The notes under the pieces were generated by a model, which made no database searches, was not told the DNA's origin, and saw only the letters and a program-made list of their open reading frames with translations. A stretch of DNA of 64,000 nucleotides from Solobacterium sp. Lineage in GTDB: Bacteria; Bacillota_I; Bacilli_A; Erysipelotrichales; Erysipelotrichaceae. The DNA lies in the NCBI GenBank assembly GCA_024698805.1, contig JAILQT010000114.1, positions 9,437 through 73,436 on the forward strand. Direction: 5' to 3'. Both the position numbers and the translations under genes were made by a program. The stretch's first letter is position 1; each line of letters starts with the position of its first letter. Shown here piece by piece: positions 1 through 9,808 of the stretch.

Positions 1-323
1 CACAGCTCACAGGTTCCCTGGCAGGCCTCACAGCTGAAGAAGTCGCAAAGATCGTTATCGCATATGAACCGATCTGGGCGATCGGCACAGGCAAGAGCGC
101 TACAAAGGAAATCGCTGAAGACTGCTGCAAGTGCGTACGTGACAATGTCAAGGCTCTGTATGACGAAGCTACTGCTGAGGCAGTACGCGTTCAGTACGGC
201 GGATCCGTCAAGCCGACAAATATCGCTGAATACATGGCTTGCCCGGATATCGACGGTGCTCTGATCGGCGGCGCATCCCTGAAAGTTGATTCCTTCAAGG
301 AAATCATCGACGCAACCAAATAA
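1..323 (+). CDS. tpiA: triosephosphate isomerase, 3' part (runs off the window start)
   Basis: Frame from nt 3 reads ...[14 protein letters not shown]...YGGSVKP...[11 protein letters not shown]; TAA at 321-323; directly upstream of eno. Confidence 0.97.
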   Translation, partial: QLTGSLAGLTAEEVAKIVIAYEPIWAIGTGKSATKEIAEDCCKCVRDNVKALYDEATAEAVRVQYGGSVKPTNIAEYMACPDIDGALIGGASLKVDSFKEIIDATK

Positions 324-374
324 GGTTTCAAAGAGACTCGCTCTCTGAAATAAAAGGTATTTATAGGAGGATAA

Positions 375-1724
<1,350 letters not shown>

Positions 1725-1748
1725 TCGGACATTAAAAAGTAATCAGAT

Positions 1749-1777
1749 AAAAGGGTCCCTCATTCGGGACTCTTTTT
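1749..1777 (+). terminator. intrinsic terminator of tpiA-eno
   Basis: AAAAGGGTCCC-loop-GGGACTCTTTTT hairpin with T tract. Confidence 0.85.
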
Positions 1778-1862
1778 CATATGGCCGGATTTCATGCGTG
1801 ATCACATAACAGTGACCAGGGGAGCAGGAGGAACAGCTTCGTTTCCTTTATTGCGGCATAGT

Positions 1863-1890
1863 AAGACCACACATCATTCTGTGTGGTCTT
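1863..1890 (-). terminator. hairpin downstream of the XRE/small-protein pair
   Basis: AAGACCACAC-N8-GTGTGGTCTT perfect 10-bp inverted repeat. Confidence 0.6.
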
Positions 1891-1907
1891 TCGACAGATT
1901 ACGCTGT

Positions 1908-2069
1908 TCAGACGGAACTCTTCCTGCTTCGGATCATCCCCGCAATGATCATGACGATCGCAGCTGTATACAGGATGACCGCTGCGTAATGCGGCAGGCT
2001 GAAGATCATGTGATCCGTCAGGATGACAGCTCCTGCCAGTCCAAGCCCGGTCATGATCAGCTTGTTCAT
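1908..2069 (-). CDS. small hydrophobic membrane protein (53 aa, not in the ORF track)
   Basis: MNKLIMTGLGLAGAVILTDHMIFSLPHYAAVILYTAAIVMIIAGMIRSRKSSV; ATG 1 nt after the XRE gene stop; two hydrophobic segments. Confidence 0.7.
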   Translation of the reverse strand: MNKLIMTGLGLAGAVILTDHMIFSLPHYAAVILYTAAIVMIIAGMIRSRKSSV

Positions 2070-2070
2070 C

Positions 2071-2586
2071 TTAAGCCCCTCTCGCATTTCTCAGCAGCCT
2101 CATCTTGAATTCCCGGATCCTCACTGCATACCTGCTTGTGAAGATGATGCCGATAATGATCACACCGGTCGCAACACCGAGTCCGGCGCTTCCGATGAAT
2201 TCATACGGGTCTGTTTCGTCCAGTCCCAGCAGCACCGTGACCAGGAATGCGGCCAGCCCGATCAGTCCGGCAATAAACAGATAGTGCATCCTGTGCAGCA
2301 GTCTTTCTTTTTCTTCGTTGCTGTAATCCGCAACCTGCAGTACAGTCTTCTTTAATTCTTCATTCATACGCTCACTCTCCCTTTCTCCGTTCAGGATCTC
2401 GCGGAGGTCAACTTCATAGAAATCAGACAGCTCGATAAGGATATCCAGATCCGGCATGTTGGCGCCGGTCTCCCAGCGGGAAACGGTCCTGCGTGCTACG
2501 CCGGTCCTCTCCGCGAGCTGTTCCTGGGTAAGTCCTTTTTCTTTCCTTAACTCCTGAAGGAATTTTCCAATCTTGATGAGATCCAT
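2071..2586 (-). CDS. XRE-family HTH regulator with C-terminal transmembrane helices
   Basis: IGKFLQELRKEKGLTQEQLAE...VSRWETG...PD HTH_3 motif; two TM segments; GGAGGT RBS before MDLIK. Confidence 0.9.
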   Translation of the reverse strand: MDLIKIGKFLQELRKEKGLTQEQLAERTGVARRTVSRWETGANMPDLDILIELSDFYEVDLREILNGERESERMNEELKKTVLQVADYSNEEKERLLHRMHYLFIAGLIGLAAFLVTVLLGLDETDPYEFIGSAGLGVATGVIIIGIIFTSRYAVRIREFKMRLLRNARGA

Positions 2587-2726
2587 ATGTGTGACCTCCT
2601 TTCTGACTTCAGAATAGTCCGTTTTTGCATGTATAAACAGGACGCGGAGTGAGCAAACGCCCTGTTTTTGCGGATGGGACACACTGTGTCCCGGTGATCC
2701 TGACCATATTAAGGCATAAATAACGC

Positions 2727-3107
2727 TTAAATGATATCATCTGACTCCCTGAGCACAAAATAACATACTCTGTGTTCATTTTCTGATGAACTAAGGGAAC
2801 AGACCTGTTCATATTTCAGCAGCTGTGCCGTAGCCATGAACATCGGTTTTACGACATGGATCTGCATTGACATCGTATGATCCGTGCTTCTGTAATCGTG
2901 GAAACGGAGGCCGTACCATGACTCTTCAGACTGGAAGTATACGGCATCCGGCCTGCAGGAAGGGATATCCCCGTCAGTCTGGAAGCTGTATGCATAGGAA
3001 TCCCTGCGTACGGATTCCAGGATGGAGAAGGCTGTCCGGTCATCAAGCTGAATGACAAGTATCGTTTTCCCATGGAAAGAATGCCCGTATTCTGATACAT
3101 TAAACAT
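2727..3107 (-). CDS. hypothetical protein (126 aa)
   Basis: Fills an otherwise empty gap; TATAAT 6 nt before the ATG (leaderless-type); no recognisable motif. Confidence 0.5.
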   Translation of the reverse strand: MFNVSEYGHSFHGKTILVIQLDDRTAFSILESVRRDSYAYSFQTDGDIPSCRPDAVYFQSEESWYGLRFHDYRSTDHTMSMQIHVVKPMFMATAQLLKYEQVCSLSSSENEHRVCYFVLRESDDII

Positions 3108-3133
3108 GCATATATTATAGGTTGGAGATGAAA

Positions 3134-3907
3134 ATGAAGAAAGCAGTCTTTTTTGATATCGACGGAACACTTGTTTCTTTTCAGACGCATCAGGTATCTG
3201 CGATGACATTCGAAACACTCCGGAAACTGAAGGAGAACGGTTATCTGCTGTTCATCGCGACAGGCAGGGGGAAAGACGGACTGAAATGTCTGGAGGACTT
3301 CCCGTTCGACGGGTATATCACGCTGAACGGACAGTACTGCTATACAGGTACAGGTGAAGTCATCTATGAGAATTTTATCCGCAAAGAGGAGCTCGCAGTC
3401 CTTCTGGATTATCTGAAGGAACACCCGTTCCCGTGCGGCTTTACGATGGAGAATACGAAGGTATTCAATTACAGGGATCAGCGGGTGGATGACGTGCATG
3501 CGATCACGCAGAATGACGACCACCCGGCCGGGGATGTCTCCAATGTGATCAATGAGAAGATCTACCAGGCAATGGCCTTCATCAATGAAGCGGAAGAGAA
3601 GGAACTGATGAAGGAGCTGAAAAACTGCACAAGCGCAAGATGGTATCCGACATTTACGGATATATCCCCGATCGGCGGGACAAAGGTCAAAGGCATCGAC
3701 CAGTTCTGTGCGTATTACGGTGTTGAACTGCAGGATACCTATGCATTCGGCGACGGCGGAAATGACCGTGAGATGCTCGAACATGTGCACACATCGATCG
3801 TCATGGGCAGCGCGGATGATTCCATCAAAGGCATAGCGGACTATGTGACGGACGATGTCGACCATGAGGGCATCACGAAAGCGTGCATCCGGCTGGGAAT
3901 GATCTGA
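3134..3907 (+). CDS. Cof-type HAD IIB hydrolase
   Basis: FFDIDGTL, ATGR, AFGDGGND motifs. Confidence 0.95.
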   Translation: MKKAVFFDIDGTLVSFQTHQVSAMTFETLRKLKENGYLLFIATGRGKDGLKCLEDFPFDGYITLNGQYCYTGTGEVIYENFIRKEELAVLLDYLKEHPFPCGFTMENTKVFNYRDQRVDDVHAITQNDDHPAGDVSNVINEKIYQAMAFINEAEEKELMKELKNCTSARWYPTFTDISPIGGTKVKGIDQFCAYYGVELQDTYAFGDGGNDREMLEHVHTSIVMGSADDSIKGIADYVTDDVDHEGITKACIRLGMI

Positions 3908-3923
3908 TTTCCCGGGTAATGAT

Positions 3924-4409
3924 ATGATCACGATCGTGCCTGTAAAAACAGAAGAGATCGGACTGCTCTCCATGATCGCCTCCGAGATCGTAAAGGAACA
4001 TTTCGACCCGATCATCGGACCGGAGCAGAACGACTATATGATCCGGATGTTTCAGAGTGTTTCCTCGATCAGGGAACAGTTTGAGAAGGGATACAGGTAT
4101 TACTTTGTGAAGAACGGGGATACGGTCGTCGGCTTCCTTGCGTTTTATCCGAAAGGGGATGTCCTGTATCTTTCCAAGTTTTATCTGTATAAGGATGAGC
4201 GCGGAAAGGGGTATGCGAAGCAGATGCTCGCATTCACTGTGCAGGCAGCGAAAGACGCGGGACTGCAGGCGGTCGAACTGAATGTCAACCGGAACAACAG
4301 CGCCGTACAGGCGTATGAAAAAATGGGATTCATCAAGGTCCGTGAGGAAGTCAATGATATCGGATGCGGCTTCGTAATGGATGATTATGTATTCCGGTAT
4401 ACGGTATGA
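3924..4409 (+). CDS. GNAT family N-acetyltransferase
   Basis: LSKFYL..ERGKGYA, LNVNRNNSAVQAYEKMGF. Confidence 0.92.
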   Translation: MITIVPVKTEEIGLLSMIASEIVKEHFDPIIGPEQNDYMIRMFQSVSSIREQFEKGYRYYFVKNGDTVVGFLAFYPKGDVLYLSKFYLYKDERGKGYAKQMLAFTVQAAKDAGLQAVELNVNRNNSAVQAYEKMGFIKVREEVNDIGCGFVMDDYVFRYTV

Positions 4410-4570
4410 AGGGAGGGGCCGGACTCTCCTTTTTCCGTGCCCATTCCTGCTATACATTTAGCGGTTTTCTAAGTATATTATATTTAAGTGTACAGGGTGC
4501 AGATAATTGAGGAGATGCAGCGCACCCGCCCATGCATGCGAATGCGGGAAGAAAGCTGCAGTAACGGATC

Positions 4571-5524
4571 ATGGAAAAAGATTATTTCAGATACATCATT
4601 GAAGATGGTGAAGTGCGCATCACAGACTATTCTGGTAATGAAGAAGAAGTATGCATTCCGCCTGAGATCGACGGGATACCGGTGACCGGCATCGGCAAAG
4701 GCGCATTTGAATTCTGCGTAAGCCCGAAAAAGATCACGATTCCGAAAGGCGTTGCGCGCATCGGCAACGATGCATTCTGCGGCTGCAGCAATCTTTCAGA
4801 GATAACCATACCCGAAGGCGTGAAAAGCATCGGCAAAGGTGCGCTGTCACGCTGCCCGGGATTGAAGGAGATCAGGCTTCCGGGGAGTGTTGAAACCATC
4901 GGCAGTCACGCGTTCAGCAGTGACACCGGACTTACGGAGATCGTTATCCCGGAAGGTGTCGAAACGATCGGGCGCCTTACCTTCAGCGGCTGCACAGGGC
5001 TGACAAGGATAGCTCTCCCGGAAAGCGTTACCGGCATCGGTGACGGCGCTTTCAGCGGCTGTGCCGGCCTGAGGGATATAAAGATCCCGGACGGCGTAAC
5101 GAAGATCGAGATGCGTACATTCGAGGGCTGCAGGAGCCTGCAGGAGATCACGCTGCCTGCGAATATAACCGGTATCGGCAGCGACGCGTTCTCGGGCTGC
5201 AGCAGTCTGACAGGGATCACCATTCCTGCTGCTGTGACCGGGATCGGCAGCGATGCGTTCCGCGGCTGCACCGGCCTGAAAGAGATCACGATCTTTACTT
5301 CGGATGTGGCGATCATGCGTGATCTGGAGGAAGACCTGCCGGAAGGTGCGAAGATCGTAAACAGATCGGAATTCTACACGCAGAGGATCGGGAAAGCACT
5401 GGATACGTTCAAAAAGATCATTGCGGATCCGGCTGATGCGGAAGCCCTCGTAAAGAAGATCGACAGTCTTTCGATCACAGACAAGGAACTGTTCCTGGGT
5501 ATTTTTGAAGGGTTCGCGAAATAA
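4571..5524 (+). CDS. BspA-type leucine-rich repeat (LRR_5) protein
   Basis: About 9 repeats of 23 aa, LxxIxIPxxVxxIGxxAFxGCxx; N-terminal ITDYSGNEEEVCIPPEIDGIPVTGIG cap. Confidence 0.93.
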   Translation: MEKDYFRYIIEDGEVRITDYSGNEEEVCIPPEIDGIPVTGIGKGAFEFCVSPKKITIPKGVARIGNDAFCGCSNLSEITIPEGVKSIGKGALSRCPGLKEIRLPGSVETIGSHAFSSDTGLTEIVIPEGVETIGRLTFSGCTGLTRIALPESVTGIGDGAFSGCAGLRDIKIPDGVTKIEMRTFEGCRSLQEITLPANITGIGSDAFSGCSSLTGITIPAAVTGIGSDAFRGCTGLKEITIFTSDVAIMRDLEEDLPEGAKIVNRSEFYTQRIGKALDTFKKIIADPADAEALVKKIDSLSITDKELFLGIFEGFAK

Positions 5525-5550
5525 ATCCGGACATACTGCATAAACGGACA

Positions 5551-5582
5551 AAGAGAGGCGATGCGCCTCTCTTCGTTTTTTT
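5551..5582 (+). terminator. intrinsic terminator between convergent genes
   Basis: AAGAGAGGCG-ATG-CGCCTCTCTT followed by a T tract. Confidence 0.8.
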
Positions 5583-5598
5583 GTTTTGTTTTTGACTG

Positions 5599-6777
5599 TC
5601 AGACGATCTGTATCCGGATCCTGCAGTCTGACAGGGGATATGCCGAACATGCATGGACATACCCGAACTTTTTGTCTGCCCATCTTCTGCCGTCGCCTTC
5701 CGCAGGTACGAATACGTCACCGGACAGGAGTTTGCAGCGGCAGTAACCGCATGCGCCGCTCCTGCACCGGGTATTGTTTTTGATGCCGGCCCTTTCCATG
5801 GCAACAGCAAGAGGCTCAAGCGAAGAAGCTTCAATGACATCTTCCTGAATGCCCCTGACGACGGTCAGTCTGAATGTCTTTTCTTCCTGCAGCGGATATC
5901 CTTCTGCTTTGGTGATATCACGCGGTGCGCCGAATACTTCCATGCGGATCCTTCTGGCCGGCACGCCCAGTTTGTCCAGCTCGCCTTTTACGAAACTGTA
6001 CATCGCGAGGGGGCCGCAGACGAAATAACTGGTATCCTCTCTGGAATACTTCCGGATCAGGTTTGCCGTGAGGAAGCCTTTTTCCCCGTCATAGTCTTCC
6101 TCGCCGGAGATGACATTGATGAAGCGGACACGGTCACAGCTGATGGAACCCAGTTCCTTTTCAAGGATGATGTCCTTTGTCGAGACCGACCCGTACAGGA
6201 TCGTCAGATCCAGATCCAGTGTCCCGTGCGCGATCTCTTTCGCCATGGAACAGAACGGCGTGATGCCGGATCCGCCTGCGAGCGCAAGCACATGTTTCGC
6301 ATCGCGCAGCGGTTCGTAACAGAACTGGCCGAACGGGAGATGGACGGTAAACCGGTCGCCTTCCCGGACGTTCTCATAGAACCAGGTCGAGACGAAGCCT
6401 TCCTTTTCCTTCCCTTTGCGGACCGTTACCTCAAAGAAAGGGTCTTCCTGGATCGCCTGATACGGGGCGCTGGAGATCGAGAACGGCCTTGTCGTGACGG
6501 TATCGCCGATCTTCAGGTCAAACGATACGTACTGTCCTGCCATGAACGGGGGAAGCAGTCCCTCCGCCGGTTTGAATGTATAGGTCTTCGAGGTGACAGA
6601 TGCGTCTTTGACGGCTGTGCAGACCACATCCGTATGATCCGGATGCAGGCGTTCGGCTGTCTCACGGATCGGGTCGCGGTAGATGTTGTTGGGATCGCCG
6701 TAACGGATCAGATCACGTCTGGCTTTGGTGACACGGCTGGCGCCGGTCACATCTTTCAGGAAACCGTTGACCTTCAT
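5599..6777 (-). CDS. FAD/NAD(P)-binding ferredoxin reductase with C-terminal 2Fe-2S domain
   Basis: RPFSISS (FAD), AGGSGITP (NAD), FVCGP, CRSGACGYC...C cluster; ATGA overlap with the upstream gene. Confidence 0.92.
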   Translation of the reverse strand: MKVNGFLKDVTGASRVTKARRDLIRYGDPNNIYRDPIRETAERLHPDHTDVVCTAVKDASVTSKTYTFKPAEGLLPPFMAGQYVSFDLKIGDTVTTRPFSISSAPYQAIQEDPFFEVTVRKGKEKEGFVSTWFYENVREGDRFTVHLPFGQFCYEPLRDAKHVLALAGGSGITPFCSMAKEIAHGTLDLDLTILYGSVSTKDIILEKELGSISCDRVRFINVISGEEDYDGEKGFLTANLIRKYSREDTSYFVCGPLAMYSFVKGELDKLGVPARRIRMEVFGAPRDITKAEGYPLQEEKTFRLTVVRGIQEDVIEASSLEPLAVAMERAGIKNNTRCRSGACGYCRCKLLSGDVFVPAEGDGRRWADKKFGYVHACSAYPLSDCRIRIQIV

Positions 6778-8327
6778 TTCTGTGCCTCCCTCATCCATGC
6801 GAGGATCTCCCTTGCGGCGATCCTGCCGTTGTTGATATTGCATGCCATACCGTCGCCGACAAGCTGGTGGCTCGCGCAGCCGATCAGGCCTTTGATATAG
6901 AACTCATTCTGGAAGTCTTCCAGACGCGCAACGACGGAATTGTCCATTGAATGCTGGTAGCCGTAGATGCCGCCCCTGTAATCGCTTGTGTAGTGGGACA
7001 TCGTGACAGGTGTCTCGATCTCGATCTCAACGATATGTTCGAGCAGGTCGACGCCGATGCGCTTCGATACGGTATCGATCATCTGCTTTGCGACCCTTCT
7101 CTTTACGTCAAAGTATTCTTCCGCCTTCACATCCATGAAACTGTCGGGCAGGGGCAGCGTCGTGATCGAGAGGGAAGTCATGCCTTCCGGGACACAGTCC
7201 GGGTTGGCATAATTCAGGCAGATCGTTGTGAGGTACGACCAGTTTCCAAGGCTTCTGCCTTCTTTCCAGAAAGCATCCGTATCGAACGGGATCTCACTGG
7301 AGAATACCGAATAGGTATTGATATTCAGGTCCTGCGGCTTTTTATCGAGCAGCAGCACGACGGAGAAGTTCGTGACGCTCATCGGCATCGCATTCGCATG
7401 TTTCCTTGCCTGGACCGGCACTTCGCTCTGCGGTTCGATCATCTTTCCGTATACCGTATTCGGATACGGGGCGCTGGCGATATAGTCTGCATGGATCTCA
7501 TCACCCCTGGATGTACGGACACCGTATACCCTGCCGTTACGGACAAGGATCTTTTCAACGTTCTGGCCGTATTCCGTCTGTACGCCGAGCTCATCGCACT
7601 TTTCCGCCATTGCGCAGGCCATCTCATGCGAGAAGCCCCTTGCGACATAGCTGCCGCCGAGCATATAGTCGGCCATCAGGAACGAATAGATCGTAAACGG
7701 CAGTGTGGACATGGGTTGTCCGACATAGATCCAGTATGCGCTGAGGATCTTCACGACATCTGCGGGAAGGTCAAATGACTTTTCGATGACTTCCTTCGCG
7801 CTGTAGCCGGCTGTCTTGACAAGGGGCTCATGTTTCAGCAGCATCATTGCCTTGGACAGTGTATGGTCATTCAGATACAGCACGGATTCATATATGTTTT
7901 TGCATAATTCCATCAGCCGGTTGACTTCATCCTTCGTTCCGGGATACTGTTCCTCGATCTCATCTGCACAGATCCATGTCCCGTCATCCCGTCTGCCCGC
8001 GTGAAGCGTGATATCGATCCCGTCTTCCGGGGAATACAGTTCATAGGCTTCGGGGACACGCAGCCACTCGATCGCGACCTTCATCTCATCGAGATATTCC
8101 CGGATGTAAAGAGGTGCTTCTTCGGGACCGAGCGACATCATCTCATGAAGGGTGGCTTCCATTTCCATCCCGTTCCGGACAAAACTCGTTGCCATACCGC
8201 CGGGAAGGTTATGCCTTTCCAGGATCAGGACATCCTTTCCTTCCGAGGCAAGCTTCATCGCACAGCTCATGCCCGCAAGCGCGCCGCCGATGACGATCAC
8301 ATCATATTTGTCTTTGTAAAATGCCAT
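6774..8327 (-). CDS. phytoene desaturase/retinol saturase-like FAD-dependent oxidoreductase (COG1233)
   Basis: DVIVIGGALAG Rossmann fold, ERHNLPGGMATSF, ETPVTMSHYT...GGIYG C-terminal motif. Confidence 0.88.
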   Translation of the reverse strand: MAFYKDKYDVIVIGGALAGMSCAMKLASEGKDVLILERHNLPGGMATSFVRNGMEMEATLHEMMSLGPEEAPLYIREYLDEMKVAIEWLRVPEAYELYSPEDGIDITLHAGRRDDGTWICADEIEEQYPGTKDEVNRLMELCKNIYESVLYLNDHTLSKAMMLLKHEPLVKTAGYSAKEVIEKSFDLPADVVKILSAYWIYVGQPMSTLPFTIYSFLMADYMLGGSYVARGFSHEMACAMAEKCDELGVQTEYGQNVEKILVRNGRVYGVRTSRGDEIHADYIASAPYPNTVYGKMIEPQSEVPVQARKHANAMPMSVTNFSVVLLLDKKPQDLNINTYSVFSSEIPFDTDAFWKEGRSLGNWSYLTTICLNYANPDCVPEGMTSLSITTLPLPDSFMDVKAEEYFDVKRRVAKQMIDTVSKRIGVDLLEHIVEIEIETPVTMSHYTSDYRGGIYGYQHSMDNSVVARLEDFQNEFYIKGLIGCASHQLVGDGMACNINNGRIAAREILAWMREAQK

Positions 8328-8371
8328 ATATACTCCTTTTCGTCAGGAAAGGCGTCCGGGGACGCCCTGTC

Positions 8372-9727
8372 TCAGAAGAATCTTTCCACGAGTTCTTTTG
8401 AATACTCCGCTGTTTCATCCATGTCGCCGAAGCTCATGATCTCGCCGGCATAGAATGTATCGTATTTGCCCTGCATCGCTTCGACCCTGTCATACCATCC
8501 GGAAGCGTAATCTTCCGAGAAGACATGCGGGAAGTAGTACCAGGACTGTTCGTTGACGACTGCAGAAGCGGGATTTCCCATCGTTTTCAGATCATCAAGG
8601 ACTGTCTTTTTGCAGATATCATACGGGATCTCCGCCGTGTTCTTATGCTTGCGGAGCGCATACGTCGTAATGACCTGGTCCTTTGAATCCCTCCATCTCC
8701 TGTAATAGACCATCAGATGGCCGAGCCTTTCCGGCGTCATATTGTCAAATACATAATAGGAGATCTCCGGATGATCTTCAGGCTTTGTCTCGACTGCGAG
8801 AACGTCATAGCGTTCGTAGTCGATCTTTGAGAAGAATTCCTTTTCGTCTTCACGCGCATCCGCGTAATCCGGGAAGAACTGCAGCGGCGCTGTAACGATC
8901 AGCTTGTCATATACTTCAACTTCACCGTTGACGGTCACAAAGACCTTTCCGTCTGTCCTTTCGATCTTCGTGATATCGCTGTTCAGTCTTGCGTGATTCT
9001 TTAATTTTGCATCGAGCGATTCCCAGATGAACTGCGTGCCTTCCTTCCATGTCCACAGATTGATATTTACGAAATTCATCGTTGTCTGGAAGTCCAGGTA
9101 TTTCAGTACATACGCTGCAGGGATCTCGTCAAAATAACCGTAACCGAACGATGTATACGGGCCGATCCAGATATCCCTGATCAGTTCAACGCCGTTGAGC
9201 TCGCAGAATTCATTGAACGGGAGCGCGAGATCCTTCAGGTTCTCATTGACGCCGGATACAGGTTCGCGTCCGGGCGTTACAGCGAAGCCTTCGTATCTTC
9301 CCTGCGCCACGCCCCTGTGACCGTTGATGTCATATCCTTTGTATTTTGTTTCCAGGAGCTCGCCGAGTTTCTTGACCTGTTTCCGCATCGCCATCAGATG
9401 CGGGATCCTGAGAGGATTCTTCTTCGGATTGAAGGGCTCGATCACCTTGCCGCTCCTGTCTTTGTAGTTCCTGTTCAGTTTGGGCCCGTCATGCGTGATG
9501 CCGCAGAATTCTTCGACATCATGTACCGCATAGTAGGAAGGGACGCCCATGATGGCACCCATCTCATACCTTCTGCCGTTGTAGTGCGGACTGTGGCACT
9601 TCCCGCCGACATGGTCGTTTCTTTCCAGGATCGTATAGTTTTCATATCCTTTCTGTTCCAGATACATGCCTGCTGAAAGACCGGCGGGACCTGCGCCGAT
9701 AATACAGATTTTTGTATTCTTATCCAT
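8372..9727 (-). CDS. polyunsaturated fatty acid isomerase (PAI-like linoleate isomerase), FAD-dependent
   Basis: Long stretches match C. acnes PAI as I recall it: IIGAGPAGLxAGMYLEQxG, VGGKCHSPxYxGRRYEMGAIMGVPSY, FGYGxFDxxPAAYVLKYLDF, DNMxPERLGHxMVYY, WYYFPHV.SEDY..GWY, FYAGEIMSFG. Confidence 0.88.
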   Translation of the reverse strand: MDKNTKICIIGAGPAGLSAGMYLEQKGYENYTILERNDHVGGKCHSPHYNGRRYEMGAIMGVPSYYAVHDVEEFCGITHDGPKLNRNYKDRSGKVIEPFNPKKNPLRIPHLMAMRKQVKKLGELLETKYKGYDINGHRGVAQGRYEGFAVTPGREPVSGVNENLKDLALPFNEFCELNGVELIRDIWIGPYTSFGYGYFDEIPAAYVLKYLDFQTTMNFVNINLWTWKEGTQFIWESLDAKLKNHARLNSDITKIERTDGKVFVTVNGEVEVYDKLIVTAPLQFFPDYADAREDEKEFFSKIDYERYDVLAVETKPEDHPEISYYVFDNMTPERLGHLMVYYRRWRDSKDQVITTYALRKHKNTAEIPYDICKKTVLDDLKTMGNPASAVVNEQSWYYFPHVFSEDYASGWYDRVEAMQGKYDTFYAGEIMSFGDMDETAEYSKELVERFF

Positions 9728-9808
9728 TATTTTTCCCCCATACAAAATATTATTTTTATTATAAATCAGTTTTACAGGCGATGCACATACTTATGGTATA
9801 ATTTGACC

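Noticed and set aside
1780-1862. Gap between two hairpins as an ncRNA
   Set aside because: It contains an AGGAGG run but no promoter, ORF or recognisable structure.
6774-8327. Carotenoid biosynthesis gene crtI
   Set aside because: No crtB, crtE or crtM nearby; the context is fatty-acid metabolism.
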